A stretch of DNA of 37,408 bases from Pseudomonadota bacterium (GTDB lineage: Bacteria; Pseudomonadota; Gammaproteobacteria; Pseudomonadales; Azotimanducaceae): positions 1 through 37,408 of the forward strand of contig JAACDS010000160.1 in the NCBI GenBank assembly GCA_009936895.1, read 5' to 3'. This document shows, one piece after another, positions 26,791-36,908 of the stretch. The notes under the pieces are model-generated. The model did no database searches, had not been told where the DNA came from, and was given only the letters and a program-made list of their open reading frames with translations. Each line of letters begins with the position of its first letter. Positions within the stretch are counted from its first letter, which is position 1. The translations under genes were made by a program, and so were the position numbers.

Positions 26791-28389
26791 TTAGAACTGG
26801 TTCATCGTGTTGGCAGCACCGCCGGCAAGCAGTGCTTTCTCGCCAAGAAAGTACTCTTTGTGGTCATCGCCCACGTTTGAGCCAGCAAGGTCTTGGTGCT
26901 TCACGGAAGCGAGGTTCTTGCGAATTTCCTGACGCTGTACGTCGCGTACGTAGGCCAGCATGCCAAGATCACCAAAGTATCCCTCAGACAGTACGTCAGT
27001 AGACAGCGCTGCGGTGTGATAGGTCGGTAGCGTAATCAGGTGATGGAAAATACCGGCTTCACGAGCAGAGTCCGCTTGGAACGTACGAACCAGTGCGTCG
27101 GCTGCGTCAGAGAGCTCAGTACCATCGATGGCGACATCCATCAGAGCCATCGGATCTTCGGCTGGGTTCGGGTATGCAGATACGTCCTTACCTTCGGCTT
27201 TCCATTCGGTATAGACCTGCTCTCGGAACTTCAGTGTCCAGTTGAATGATGGTGAGTTGTTGTACACCAGTTTGGCTTCTGGGCGCACTTTACGCACTTC
27301 GTTCACCATGGCGGCAATCTGCTCGACGTTCGGCTTCTCAGTCTCGATCCACAGCAAGTCTGCGCCGTGTTCTAGGCTGGTGATGCAGTCGAGTACAACG
27401 CGGTCAAAACCGGTGTCTTCTTTAAGCGCGTACAAGCCATTGTCCAAGCGCTTTGGCTTCGTCAGCTTACCATTTGCGCGAATGGTGATGTCACCGTCCT
27501 GCAGTTCGGAAACGTCTTCGATGATTTCGGTATCGAGGAAGTCATTGTACTTGCTGCCGAGGTCTCCGGCCTGAATGGACACTGGCACCTTTTGAGTTAG
27601 ACCTGCACCCAAGGAATCGGTCCGTGCAACGATAATGCCGTTGTCGATGCCCAACTCGAGGAAGGCGTAGCGCACTGCATTGATCTTGGAGACGAAGTCT
27701 TCGTGGGGCACGGTAACTTTACCGGCTTGGTGTCCACACTGCTTAGCGTCAGAGACTTGATTCTCGATCTGAATGGCACAAGCACCGGCTTCAATCATGC
27801 GCTTTGCTAGCAAATAGGTAGCTTCTTCGTTACCGAAGCCCGCGTCGATATCCGCAATGATCGGCACGACGTGGGTTTCGTAGCTGTCGATTCGCTGAAT
27901 GATGGAATCTGCATCACCGCCATTGGCGCGCGCTTCGTCCAGTTCAACGAACATGTGGCGCAACTCGCGTGCATCAGCCTGCTTGAGGAAGGTATAAATC
28001 TCTTCGATCAGATCCGATACCGATGTCTTTTCGTGCATGCTCTGGTCAGGCAGCGGACCGAACTGGGAACGCAGTGCGGCAACCATCCAGCCAGACAGGT
28101 AGATGTAGCTGCGATCGGTGGTTTGCTGGTGCTTCTTGACGCTCATCATGACCTGCTGAGCGACGAAACCATGCCAGCAGCCCAGTGATTGCGTGTACTT
28201 GCTGGAATCGGCATCGTAGTTGGCCATGTCGCGACGCATGATGTCCGCCGTGTACTGGGCAATTTCCAAACCGGTTTTGAAGCGGTTTTGCAACTGCATA
28301 CGCACGGCGTATTCGGCGTTGATAGCGCTCCACTCTTGTTTGGCGCCAATGGTCTGGCGAGTCTGTTCGATAAGGTCGAGATAAGACAT
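26791..28389 (-). CDS. aceA: Isocitrate lyase (Pseudomonas-type, about 530 aa)
   Basis: YLSGWMVAA, PDQSMHE, IIADIDAGFG, KQCGHQ catalytic motif, LWIET and YNNSPSFNW. Start ATG 28389 with a GAGG RBS. Confidence 0.97.
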   Translation of the reverse strand: MSYLDLIEQTRQTIGAKQEWSAINAEYAVRMQLQNRFKTGLEIAQYTADIMRRDMANYDADSSKYTQSLGCWHGFVAQQVMMSVKKHQQTTDRSYIYLSGWMVAALRSQFGPLPDQSMHEKTSVSDLIEEIYTFLKQADARELRHMFVELDEARANGGDADSIIQRIDSYETHVVPIIADIDAGFGNEEATYLLAKRMIEAGACAIQIENQVSDAKQCGHQAGKVTVPHEDFVSKINAVRYAFLELGIDNGIIVARTDSLGAGLTQKVPVSIQAGDLGSKYNDFLDTEIIEDVSELQDGDITIRANGKLTKPKRLDNGLYALKEDTGFDRVVLDCITSLEHGADLLWIETEKPNVEQIAAMVNEVRKVRPEAKLVYNNSPSFNWTLKFREQVYTEWKAEGKDVSAYPNPAEDPMALMDVAIDGTELSDAADALVRTFQADSAREAGIFHHLITLPTYHTAALSTDVLSEGYFGDLGMLAYVRDVQRQEIRKNLASVKHQDLAGSNVGDDHKEYFLGEKALLAGGAANTMNQF

Positions 28390-28590
28390 GAAAGGTCCTC
28401 GATTGAAGTTCACGGGTTTGGGGTCTACTGCTTTGTCCTACGAGGAGCAGAGTAGCCCTGCAATGGCGCGGCATCCTAACCGTGAGGCACCCCGAATTAA
28501 AAGGAATAACTGACAAGCAATATATTCTTGGCGGGAAAAGCACCCGGACTGGTGGGGTACTTCTATTCGGCCCTGTTGGGGTGTTCGATC

Positions 28591-29379
28591 TCAATTCAGC
28601 CTAAGCGTCAATTCTCCGAGGGTTCCGAACACCGCTCGATACTCGCCCGGTGCCCCCGGGTGCATGTTACCGATAGACCCGGTCATCAACACATGACCGG
28701 CGGCTAGGGTGTATCCCTGCGCCAGCACGGTGTTGATCAACCAGACTAGGGCATTCAGTTGGCCCTGCATGACGGTGCCTGCTGGCACGCTGTGCAATGT
28801 CTCTTGGGTGTCGCCTAGCCGCGTAAGAGATACCTCCAATGTGTCGATGTCCAACTCAGTTGGGTTCGCGCGGGGCTCTGCGGCAAGACAGCCATAGGAT
28901 GCGGAATTGCTCGATATCAGGTCGATGCTGGACGGGCGCTGCTGTAGGTTGGGAGCCGCCAGTTCAATCATGCCTTGGCATTCGCCCACTGAGTCGAGCA
29001 CAGTCTCCAAGTCAACGGGGTCGGTAATGGCCTTGCTCAGCGTAAACCCGAGTTCGGTTTCCAGTAGTATGGGACGGTCAGAGTGAACGGCGATCTGCGC
29101 ATTGGTGCTTTGTGCCCCGTGTTGAAACAACGCGCCAATGATGGGCTCGTCGATGCCCATGGCTTGCTGAGCTGCCTGTGCGGTCAGGGCAGCCTTGTAG
29201 CCGTAAATGTCACCCCAGCCTCCATGAGTTTTTAGGCGTGCGACGAGCTGGCGCTGCAGGTCGTAGGCGGCCTCTGTGGTGATGTCTGGTTGAGTGAGGC
29301 TGATGTTTTCGATGGGCTTTGCCGCTAGGACGTTTTCGAGAGCGGCGTCGAGCCATTGATCATTGTTTGCTGTGTTCAT
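28591..29379 (-). CDS. 2-keto-4-pentenoate hydratase-like protein (FAA hydrolase family)
   Basis: AYDLQ, GYKAALT...QQAMG, ETELGF, WLIN and GHVLMTGS motifs. Confidence 0.82.
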   Translation of the reverse strand: MNTANNDQWLDAALENVLAAKPIENISLTQPDITTEAAYDLQRQLVARLKTHGGWGDIYGYKAALTAQAAQQAMGIDEPIIGALFQHGAQSTNAQIAVHSDRPILLETELGFTLSKAITDPVDLETVLDSVGECQGMIELAAPNLQQRPSSIDLISSNSASYGCLAAEPRANPTELDIDTLEVSLTRLGDTQETLHSVPAGTVMQGQLNALVWLINTVLAQGYTLAAGHVLMTGSIGNMHPGAPGEYRAVFGTLGELTLRLN

Positions 29380-29521
29380 GGGAAGTCCTACTCGTATTTC
29401 CTAAGAATGTGCGCCTTTTTGTGCGGGTTGGCCACACAGTTGCGTTAGTATCACGGGCAAGGGCGATAGGCACAATCCGGTTGTCTGCCCATCTGTCTTG
29501 TGATTTGTCCGAGAGTCCAAC

Positions 29522-30442
29522 ATGTCTGAAATGTCGCCCAGTCGTGCGAGCAAACTGCTCAAGGTGCTAGACCTGAAGCAGATCGAAGAAAACCTCTATC
29601 AGGGGCAAAACGAAACCGAAAACGGCAGCCGTTTGTTTGGTGGTCAAGTGTTGGCTCAAGCGTCTGCCGCTGCTTATCGCACCGTGGACAACGTGCATCT
29701 GCATTCGCTGCACGCGTACTTTTTGCGGCCAGGGCGCGTGGATCTTCCGGTTCTTTATGAGGTGGAACGTGTTCGGGATGGTCGGTCGTTTACCACGCGC
29801 CGAGTGGTCGCCATTCAAAAGGGTCAGGCTATTTTTAATATGGATGCCTCCTTTCAGGGCGATGAGGTCGGCTTGGAGCATAGTGCTCCCATGCCCAATG
29901 TGCCCATGCCCGACGAACTGCGTGAAGACGTCGAAGTGGCTCGCGAGTTAGGCGGGCCAAAGGCAGACCCGCGGATGAGCCCCATGGCCAAGGTGGATCG
30001 CCCGTTTCATTTGCGCTCGGTGTTTGAGCTGGGCAGCGAGGCTTGGGGTGAAGATCGCTTTTGGAATCCGACGTGGATTAAATTTCGCGAAGCGGTGTCA
30101 CTGCCAAGTGCTATCGATGACCCAGAAGAAACTGCCTTCCGGTTGCAGGCGTTGTCTCGTTGTTTGATTGCGTACGCATCTGACATGGGCTTAGTCAGCA
30201 CGGCCGTGTTACCCCACCAATCCGGCACCAGTCGCGGTGATGTGCAAATGGCCAGTCTGGATCACAGTTTGTGGATTCACCGCAGCGCATCACTGGATCA
30301 GTGGCTGCTGTTCCACAAGCGCACGTCCACAGCCCAAGGTTCCCGAGGCATGGTGCACTCGGAATTTTTCGGTGAAAACGGCACCTTGGTCGCCTCCATG
30401 ACCCAAGAGGGTTTGCTGCGCAAACGCGGGGATACCTCTTAG
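29522..30442 (+). CDS. tesB: Acyl-CoA thioesterase II
   Basis: LFGGQVLAQA, SLHAYFLRPG, RDGRSFTTRRV, AYASD, ASLDHS.W and QEGL motifs. Confidence 0.93.
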   Translation: MSEMSPSRASKLLKVLDLKQIEENLYQGQNETENGSRLFGGQVLAQASAAAYRTVDNVHLHSLHAYFLRPGRVDLPVLYEVERVRDGRSFTTRRVVAIQKGQAIFNMDASFQGDEVGLEHSAPMPNVPMPDELREDVEVARELGGPKADPRMSPMAKVDRPFHLRSVFELGSEAWGEDRFWNPTWIKFREAVSLPSAIDDPEETAFRLQALSRCLIAYASDMGLVSTAVLPHQSGTSRGDVQMASLDHSLWIHRSASLDQWLLFHKRTSTAQGSRGMVHSEFFGENGTLVASMTQEGLLRKRGDTS

Positions 30443-30486
30443 TCCGCTAACAGTCAGAGTCTGGACGCAGAGTTCAGAAACAAAGA

Positions 30487-31932
30487 TCAGAGCGCGCCGC
30501 TGCGGTAATCCCACTCGACTGGTGTGAATGCGATGGTTGCTCGCTGCATGGCAGTGGCCAGTGCCGCCAGCGTTTGATCGCTAAGGGGTATGTGGGTTGC
30601 ATCTGCTACTGCCTGATTCCAAGTTGGGTCTACGGAATGCCATCGGCCATTGCGTAACATTTCGTTCCAGGCATGAAAACGGAAACCGGGGCTGGGCAGC
30701 GCGCTGTAGGCAATGCCATACACCGTGCGACTGGCAATGCCTTGGGTTCTGGCCAGCGTGGTGAATAGGTCCGCAAAATCCACGCATTCGCCGCGTCCGC
30801 GTTGTAATGAACCCAACACGGAACCCGCAGGCTGATTTTCAGCGTAGAGCAACTGGCTGCGGGTTAGGTCGATTAGCTGCTGTGAAGTCGAGAGCAGATC
30901 GTGGGGTGCCGTTGTCTCTTGGGATGCCAGCAGGTTGAGAATTCGCGGGTGCCCCACAGGCAATGTCAGCGATGCATCAAGAAATCCAAGTGCCTTATCG
31001 TTGGCGACTTTTGGGCTGGCTGTGGCACTTAGTGTATCGGGCAGGCCTTGCTGCTCCAGCGTCAGGGGCCCCAATGCATTGAGCGCCAAGGTCAACATGT
31101 CGAGGGTGTTGGGCTTGAGAAGGTCGGCTGTCAGCGGCGCGACTGCGGTATTGACTGTCCATTGAGCTGTTTGTGGAACGATCAATTGATGCAACGTGTC
31201 TTGGTGTTGCTGGGTCAGACGAAAGCTGAACTGATGCGGCGCGGTGAAGCGGATCAACCGTCGCTGAGTATCCAGTTCGGTCATGCTGTCATCGTCTTCG
31301 GATCTTAGGATGAAGCCCCGGGGGCTCCGCTGATCGAGCTGGTGTTCGCGCTCACTCACGCGCAGTTGTTGTATGTCCAAGTAGCGGGATGTCACGAAGC
31401 TGCCGATTGGGGTCTGTCCCGTGAGCTGTCGCTCTAAACTCAACTGATCATTGAGTGTGAACGTCCAGTCGTGGGTGCTGCGTTCTGTGGTTTTGTTTGC
31501 CGTCGCGCCAGGTCCTGTTGGGGCATCTTCTGTCGCCGCATTTCGCTGGATGCTGGCCGCATAGCCGCGGTGGATTTTTTCTAGGGAGACCTGTTGTTCT
31601 ACCGTCTGGCTCCGATGTTTGAAGTCAGCGCTGATCAGGGCGTAGGGCGAACTGCCGGAAAACACCATTACCTGAGTGGAGGTATACGTCGGCGCGTTGA
31701 GCATGTCGACCTTCAAATTCTGGCTCAGTTCCCAATGATCATCTGTTGTTCGCCGTGTGGACGTCTGCAGATAGCCAACGGGTCGGCCTTGCTGCAGCAC
31801 CTCATAGGTACGCTGCCCCAGCTGGTTGCTCATTAGGCCATCCAGCTCGCTGGGGGCGAATTGGGCAGTGAGCCAAAACAAGACAAGTGCCGTGGTCACG
31901 GCAAAGCCGGTTATTTTCAGGTGCGTCAGCAT
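30487..31932 (-). CDS. Transglutaminase-like domain protein with N-terminal membrane anchor
   Basis: GECVDFA (Cys), FHAWNE (His) and VDPTW (Asp) triad; hydrophobic N-terminus. Start uncertain (31932 or 31989). Confidence 0.82.
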   Translation of the reverse strand: MLTHLKITGFAVTTALVLFWLTAQFAPSELDGLMSNQLGQRTYEVLQQGRPVGYLQTSTRRTTDDHWELSQNLKVDMLNAPTYTSTQVMVFSGSSPYALISADFKHRSQTVEQQVSLEKIHRGYAASIQRNAATEDAPTGPGATANKTTERSTHDWTFTLNDQLSLERQLTGQTPIGSFVTSRYLDIQQLRVSEREHQLDQRSPRGFILRSEDDDSMTELDTQRRLIRFTAPHQFSFRLTQQHQDTLHQLIVPQTAQWTVNTAVAPLTADLLKPNTLDMLTLALNALGPLTLEQQGLPDTLSATASPKVANDKALGFLDASLTLPVGHPRILNLLASQETTAPHDLLSTSQQLIDLTRSQLLYAENQPAGSVLGSLQRGRGECVDFADLFTTLARTQGIASRTVYGIAYSALPSPGFRFHAWNEMLRNGRWHSVDPTWNQAVADATHIPLSDQTLAALATAMQRATIAFTPVEWDYRSGAL

Positions 31933-32073
31933 GAATTGGTGTCTACCGGCCGGACCGCTGGGAAAAGGATTCGAAATTTCTGTCGGCAAACATGGTTTTT
32001 CCTGCTCGTACCTTTCACAATTGCGGATCGGTCAGTTTAGACACTGGCTTCATTTCTCATACTTAAGGCAGTA

Positions 32074-33702
32074 ATGGATAACGAAACCACGGATTTTATT
32101 CGTCAGCGCATTGAGACGGATTTGGCAGAAAACGCTCTGACGCAAGGCGTGATCACACGATTCCCACCGGAGCCTAACGGATTTTTGCACATTGGCCACG
32201 CCAAGAGTATCTGTCTGAACTTCGGTGTTGCCCAGGAATACGGCGGCGAGACGTTTTTGCGCTTCGACGACACCAATCCGGTAAAAGAAAGCAACGAGTT
32301 CGTCGAGTCAATTCAGCGCGATGTGGCGTGGCTGGGGTTTCAGTGGAAGGCGATTACTCATGCCTCAGACTACTTCGAGCAAATTTATCAGTTTGCCGAA
32401 GCCCTGATTCGCGACGGCAAAGCCTACATCTGTTCCTTGAATCCTGAACAGATACGCACTACCCGAGGCACCTTGACCGAGCCGGGTGAAAACAGCCCCT
32501 ACCGTGATCGAACGGTTGAGGAAAATTTGGATCTGTTTCAGCGCATGCGCGCCGGTGAGTTCCCCGACGGTAGCCATGTGGCGCGACTAAAAATTGATAT
32601 GGCGTCGCCCAATCTGAACATGCGCGACCCGGTGATTTATCGTATTCGCCATGCGACTCACCAGCGCACGGGTGATGCTTGGTGTATTTACCCCATGTAC
32701 GACTTTACGCACGGGATTTGCGACGCCATCGAGCATATTTCTCACTCGCTGTGCACGCTGGAGTTTGCCGACCACCGCCCGCTTTACGACTGGGTATTGG
32801 ACAACATCGCCATTAATTATCACCCGCCACAGATCGAATTTTCTCGCTTGGGCCTGGAATATACGGTGATGAGTAAGCGGCTGTTGCACCGCCTCGTAGA
32901 CGAGCAGTTGGTCAGCGGCTGGGACGATCCTCGCATGCCGACGCTGGCGGGTTTGCGCCGCAGAGGGGTGCCTGCCAGTGCGATTCGAGAGTTTTGTCAG
33001 CGTATTGGTGTGACGAAGCAAGACAATGTGATTGAGATGAACCTGCTGGATTTTTGTATTCGTCAGGATCTTGAGGCCAGTGCGCCTCGGGGCATGGTGG
33101 TACTGAACCCGCTGAAGGTGGTGTTGAGCAACTATGAGGGTAGCGAAACCCTAGACGGGCCTTGGCATGCGCAGAACGACACATTGGGTCGTCGCGAACT
33201 GCCATTTAGTGCGGAAATTTTTATTGAACAAGATGATTATGCGGTGGAGCCGCCGGCCAAGTGGAAACGGCTGTCTCCGGGCCAAATGGTGCGCCTGCGA
33301 TATGCGTACATCATCCGCTGTGACGAGGTGATCGAAGACGAGCAGGGCCGTGTTGTGCAGCTGAACTGCACCTACTTTGCGGATTCTAAGAGTGGACAAG
33401 ACACCTCGGGCCTAAAACCCAAGGGTGTCGTGCATTGGGTTGATGCTCACGCCGGTGTGCCTGTTCGTGTGATGGACTACGGCCGGTTGTTCAAGGTGCC
33501 GAACCCATCGTCGCAAACCTTTTTGGATGACATCGATACAGAATCTTTGACGGCGTTGGAGGCAGTAGCAGAGCCTGCGATGATGAATCATGAGGCCCAG
33601 CGCTTTCAGTTCGAGCGTCAGGGCTATTTTTGCAAGGATGTTGCGAGTGCCGACGGCCCCCCGGTGTTCAACAAAACCGTGAGTTTGCGCGAAGGTTTCT
33701 AG
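32074..33702 (+). CDS. glnS: Glutamine--tRNA ligase
   Basis: TRFPPEPNGFLHIGH, RFDDTNP, YPMYDF, MSKR, GWDDPRMPT and FQFERQGYF motifs. Confidence 0.98.
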   Translation: MDNETTDFIRQRIETDLAENALTQGVITRFPPEPNGFLHIGHAKSICLNFGVAQEYGGETFLRFDDTNPVKESNEFVESIQRDVAWLGFQWKAITHASDYFEQIYQFAEALIRDGKAYICSLNPEQIRTTRGTLTEPGENSPYRDRTVEENLDLFQRMRAGEFPDGSHVARLKIDMASPNLNMRDPVIYRIRHATHQRTGDAWCIYPMYDFTHGICDAIEHISHSLCTLEFADHRPLYDWVLDNIAINYHPPQIEFSRLGLEYTVMSKRLLHRLVDEQLVSGWDDPRMPTLAGLRRRGVPASAIREFCQRIGVTKQDNVIEMNLLDFCIRQDLEASAPRGMVVLNPLKVVLSNYEGSETLDGPWHAQNDTLGRRELPFSAEIFIEQDDYAVEPPAKWKRLSPGQMVRLRYAYIIRCDEVIEDEQGRVVQLNCTYFADSKSGQDTSGLKPKGVVHWVDAHAGVPVRVMDYGRLFKVPNPSSQTFLDDIDTESLTALEAVAEPAMMNHEAQRFQFERQGYFCKDVASADGPPVFNKTVSLREGF

Positions 33703-33722
33703 TCAAGGCAAAGGGAGTCGAC

Positions 33723-34649
33723 ATGCTGCCAACCTCGGTCACCGTGATGGAAGTCAGCCCGCGAGACGGACTGCAAAATGAAGACGTCTTGGTATCCACC
33801 GACGATAAGTTGCAGCTGATCGACCACGCGCTCGCTGCTGGCAGTCGACGCATCGAAGTCACCAGTTTTGTGCATCCTCAGCGCGTCCCGCAAATGGCCG
33901 ACGCGGAAGCCGTGTGTGCCGGTCTGCCGGAACGTTCCGACGTGCGCTATACTGGTTTGGTCTTAAACGAGCGGGGCTATCGTCGTTTGCGTGACACCTC
34001 GCTGGACGAGGCTGGTCGGGTGGTGCCTGTGAGTAATACGTTTGGCGAGCGCAATCAGGGCCAGAGCGTGGCCGACGCCGTTGCCATGGCCCGTGAGGTG
34101 ATCCGTGACGGCAAACTGACCGGTTTCCCGGTGCAAGTGACCTTGGCAGTTGCCTTTGGGTGTCCCTTTGAAGGGGAAGTACCCTTGGCCAATTTGCTCG
34201 CGGCGGCAGAAGCCTTGTTGGAAGCCGGACCAGTAGAAATTGCCCTTGCCGATACCATCGGCGTCGGCGTCCCTTGGCAGGTGCAACAGACCTTTGAGGC
34301 GCTGGGCAAACTGGCGGGCGATGTGCCCATGCGAGCGCACTTTCATGACACTCGTAATACGGGGATCGGCAACGCATTTGGCAGTCTGCTCGCCGGTGTG
34401 ACGACTCTGGATGCCAGCATTGGCGGCATCGGTGGTTGCCCGTTTGCGCCCAACGCCAGTGGCAATATTGCGACGGAAGACTTGGTGTACATGCTCAATC
34501 GCAGCGAAGTCCGTCACGATTTGGCCATGCAGCCGTTGTTGCAAGGCGCCGCATGGCTTGAACCAATCTTGGGTAAGCGATTACCGTCCATGCTACTGAA
34601 GGCCGGTGATTGGCCCACGGCGAGTGCCGAGCAACTGTCGATTACCTGA
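33723..34649 (+). CDS. Hydroxymethylglutaryl-CoA lyase family protein
   Basis: EVSPRDGLQNE, AFGCPFEG, LADTIG, HFHDTR and GGCPFAP.A.GN.ATED motifs. ATG 33723 with a GGGAG RBS. Confidence 0.92.
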   Translation: MLPTSVTVMEVSPRDGLQNEDVLVSTDDKLQLIDHALAAGSRRIEVTSFVHPQRVPQMADAEAVCAGLPERSDVRYTGLVLNERGYRRLRDTSLDEAGRVVPVSNTFGERNQGQSVADAVAMAREVIRDGKLTGFPVQVTLAVAFGCPFEGEVPLANLLAAAEALLEAGPVEIALADTIGVGVPWQVQQTFEALGKLAGDVPMRAHFHDTRNTGIGNAFGSLLAGVTTLDASIGGIGGCPFAPNASGNIATEDLVYMLNRSEVRHDLAMQPLLQGAAWLEPILGKRLPSMLLKAGDWPTASAEQLSIT

Positions 34650-34678
34650 TGCGATAACGTCTACCCAAGGACTGACAC

Positions 34679-36169
34679 ATGACCTCGAGCAACGCAGACT
34701 TTTTTGGCCATCCAATGGGGCTTCGAACCCTCTTTCTGACGGAAATGTGGGAGCGCATGTCGTACTACGGTATGCGCGCGTTACTGGTTTTGTACATGAC
34801 CGGTGCGGTCAGCGCTGCCAACGCCGGCCTCGGTATGAGCCAACTCGAAGCCCAAGCCATCTATGGTATTTATGTCGGTATGGTTTACTTCTTAGCCGTT
34901 CCCGGAGGCTGGCTTGCCGACAATCTGTTAGGCCATCAACGGGCAGTGCTTTATGGCGCCGTTGTGATTGCGCTAGGTCACCTGACGTTGGCGGTGCCCA
35001 TTGAATCCAGCCTGTTTCTTGGATTGGGCTTGGTGGCCATTGGCACGGGTCTGCTGAAGAGCAATATCTCGACTATCGTCGGCAAGCTTTACGCAGATGA
35101 CGATCCTCGCCGTGACGCGGGTTTCACGATTTTTTATATGTCGATCAACATCGGGTCCATGGTCGGTTTCGGTATTTGCGGTTATTTGGGCGAAAAAGTG
35201 GGTTGGCATTGGGGCTTTGGCGCGGCGGGTGTTGGTATGACCTTGGGGGTTTTGCAATACGTGCGGTCGCGCCACTTGTTAGGCGACGCGGGTCTGAAGC
35301 CTAACGTCATGCCGGAAGAACGCCGCAGTCGGCTCAACCGTTGGGCGATGCTGGTTGGCTTGTTGACGGCTGTCGTGGTGCTTTTGTTTGGCTCGGGTGT
35401 CATCGAGGTCAAGGCCAGCGTCTTCGCTGAAAATTTTGCTTATTTTTTGACGACGATCGCTGGCCTGTACTTTCTCTACCTTTATGCCTTTGCCGGACTC
35501 AGCGCAGCGGAGCGCAAAAATGTCCTGCTGCTGTTTTTGCTGTTTATCGCTGCAGCGGCTTTTTGGTCCGGGTTCGATCAATCCGGCGGCTCACTGAACC
35601 TGTTTGCCCGCGACTACACGGATCTGAATTTTATGGGCTTCGACATGCCGGTGTCGTGGGTTCAATTTTTTAATCCGATCTATGTGGTGTTGTTTGCGCC
35701 GCTGTTTGCCGCGTTTTGGGCTTTCCTTGGTCGGCGTAATTTGGATCCATCACTGCCGCTGAAATTTGCGCTGGGCCTAGTGTTTATGGGGCTGAGCTTC
35801 TTAGTCATGTTGCTTGCCGTGGGCGTGGCCCTTGAATCTGCGCCGATCGGTCTTCAGTGGCTGCTGATCACCTACCTGCTGCAAACCTTTGGGGAACTGG
35901 CACTGTCGCCGATCGGGCTATCCGCCTTTTCGCGCTACTCGCCGAAACGTTACGTGGGCCAAATGTTTGGCCTGTGGTTTTTGGCTTCGGCCATTGGTGG
36001 AGTACTGGCGGGTCTTCTGGGAGGTGAGGCGACCGATGGCGGTCTGCAAAGTATGTCGCCGATTTTTTCTTACATGATTCAGTACTACGTCGGCATCGCG
36101 GTGTTGCTGGTAATACTCGCCTACTTCTTTCGACAAAAACCGGACGAGAGACGCTCCGAAGGAGAGTAA
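34679..36169 (+). CDS. POT/PTR family proton-dependent oligopeptide transporter (MFS)
   Basis: EMWERMSYYGMR (ExxER), GTGLLK.N, FYMSINIG and ELALSPIGLS motifs. Confidence 0.95.
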   Translation: MTSSNADFFGHPMGLRTLFLTEMWERMSYYGMRALLVLYMTGAVSAANAGLGMSQLEAQAIYGIYVGMVYFLAVPGGWLADNLLGHQRAVLYGAVVIALGHLTLAVPIESSLFLGLGLVAIGTGLLKSNISTIVGKLYADDDPRRDAGFTIFYMSINIGSMVGFGICGYLGEKVGWHWGFGAAGVGMTLGVLQYVRSRHLLGDAGLKPNVMPEERRSRLNRWAMLVGLLTAVVVLLFGSGVIEVKASVFAENFAYFLTTIAGLYFLYLYAFAGLSAAERKNVLLLFLLFIAAAAFWSGFDQSGGSLNLFARDYTDLNFMGFDMPVSWVQFFNPIYVVLFAPLFAAFWAFLGRRNLDPSLPLKFALGLVFMGLSFLVMLLAVGVALESAPIGLQWLLITYLLQTFGELALSPIGLSAFSRYSPKRYVGQMFGLWFLASAIGGVLAGLLGGEATDGGLQSMSPIFSYMIQYYVGIAVLLVILAYFFRQKPDERRSEGE

Positions 36170-36257
36170 GCGATCAAGGGTAGTGTTTCTCCGATGAGTG
36201 GTTATGCGTTGATGGTCTAAATGATTTGCAATGGGAGTGCTTATTGAGGTGCTTCTT

Positions 36258-36908
36258 ATGCAAGTGGATATTCGACCTTTTACACTTTCTGACGCTGGCG
36301 AACTGCAGCGTGCGGTGCTCAATTCTGTTGGCCATATTGGCCCTTGGCTGGACTGGTGTACCCCAAGTTACGTACTGAAGGACGCACAGGACTGGGTTGC
36401 TGAAAGTATGGCCCTTTGGCAGCAAGGTCGGGCTTTTCGGTGGGTGATGCTGGCGGAAGACAAGCAGCAAATTCTCGGCAGCGTTGAGGTGGAAGTGCCC
36501 ACTCTTGAAGCCCCGGTTGGTCGTATGGGTTATTGGGTGAGGCATAATGCAACGGGCAAGGGGGTATGCAGTCAGGGAGCTGCCCAAGCCTTGGACTGGG
36601 CGTTTAAGTCTTTGGGTCTGCAGCGGGTCGAACTGTTTATTCAGCCGGCCAACCAAGCGAGCATTCGCGTCGCACTTAAGCTCGGGGCGGAATTTCTCGA
36701 CGAGCAAAACAATGAAATTGTTTATCGAGGTGAAAGCCGACTTTCCAACCGCTACGTGGTGAAACCCGAAGGTTTACCCTGGGTCGATCTGTTGCCCGCG
36801 CGCCGCCGATGGCCACTCACACCTGAATACGCTGAAGGCACGGGTGACAGGCTGCCCGTTCATCCGAAGAATATTTATGAATTCAGGAGTTCAGCAAAAA
36901 AAGCCTGA
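36258..36908 (+). CDS. GNAT N-acetyltransferase, RimJ/RimL type
   Basis: MGYWV...GKG, N.ASIRVA.KLG motifs. GAGGTG RBS before ATG 36258; 34-nt convergent overlap with the next gene. Confidence 0.85.
   Translation: MQVDIRPFTLSDAGELQRAVLNSVGHIGPWLDWCTPSYVLKDAQDWVAESMALWQQGRAFRWVMLAEDKQQILGSVEVEVPTLEAPVGRMGYWVRHNATGKGVCSQGAAQALDWAFKSLGLQRVELFIQPANQASIRVALKLGAEFLDEQNNEIVYRGESRLSNRYVVKPEGLPWVDLLPARRRWPLTPEYAEGTGDRLPVHPKNIYEFRSSAKKA

Noticed and set aside
36174-36707. Minus-strand 177-aa ORF opposite the GNAT gene
   Set aside because: The plus-strand frame carries clear RimJ/RimL motifs and an RBS; this one has none.
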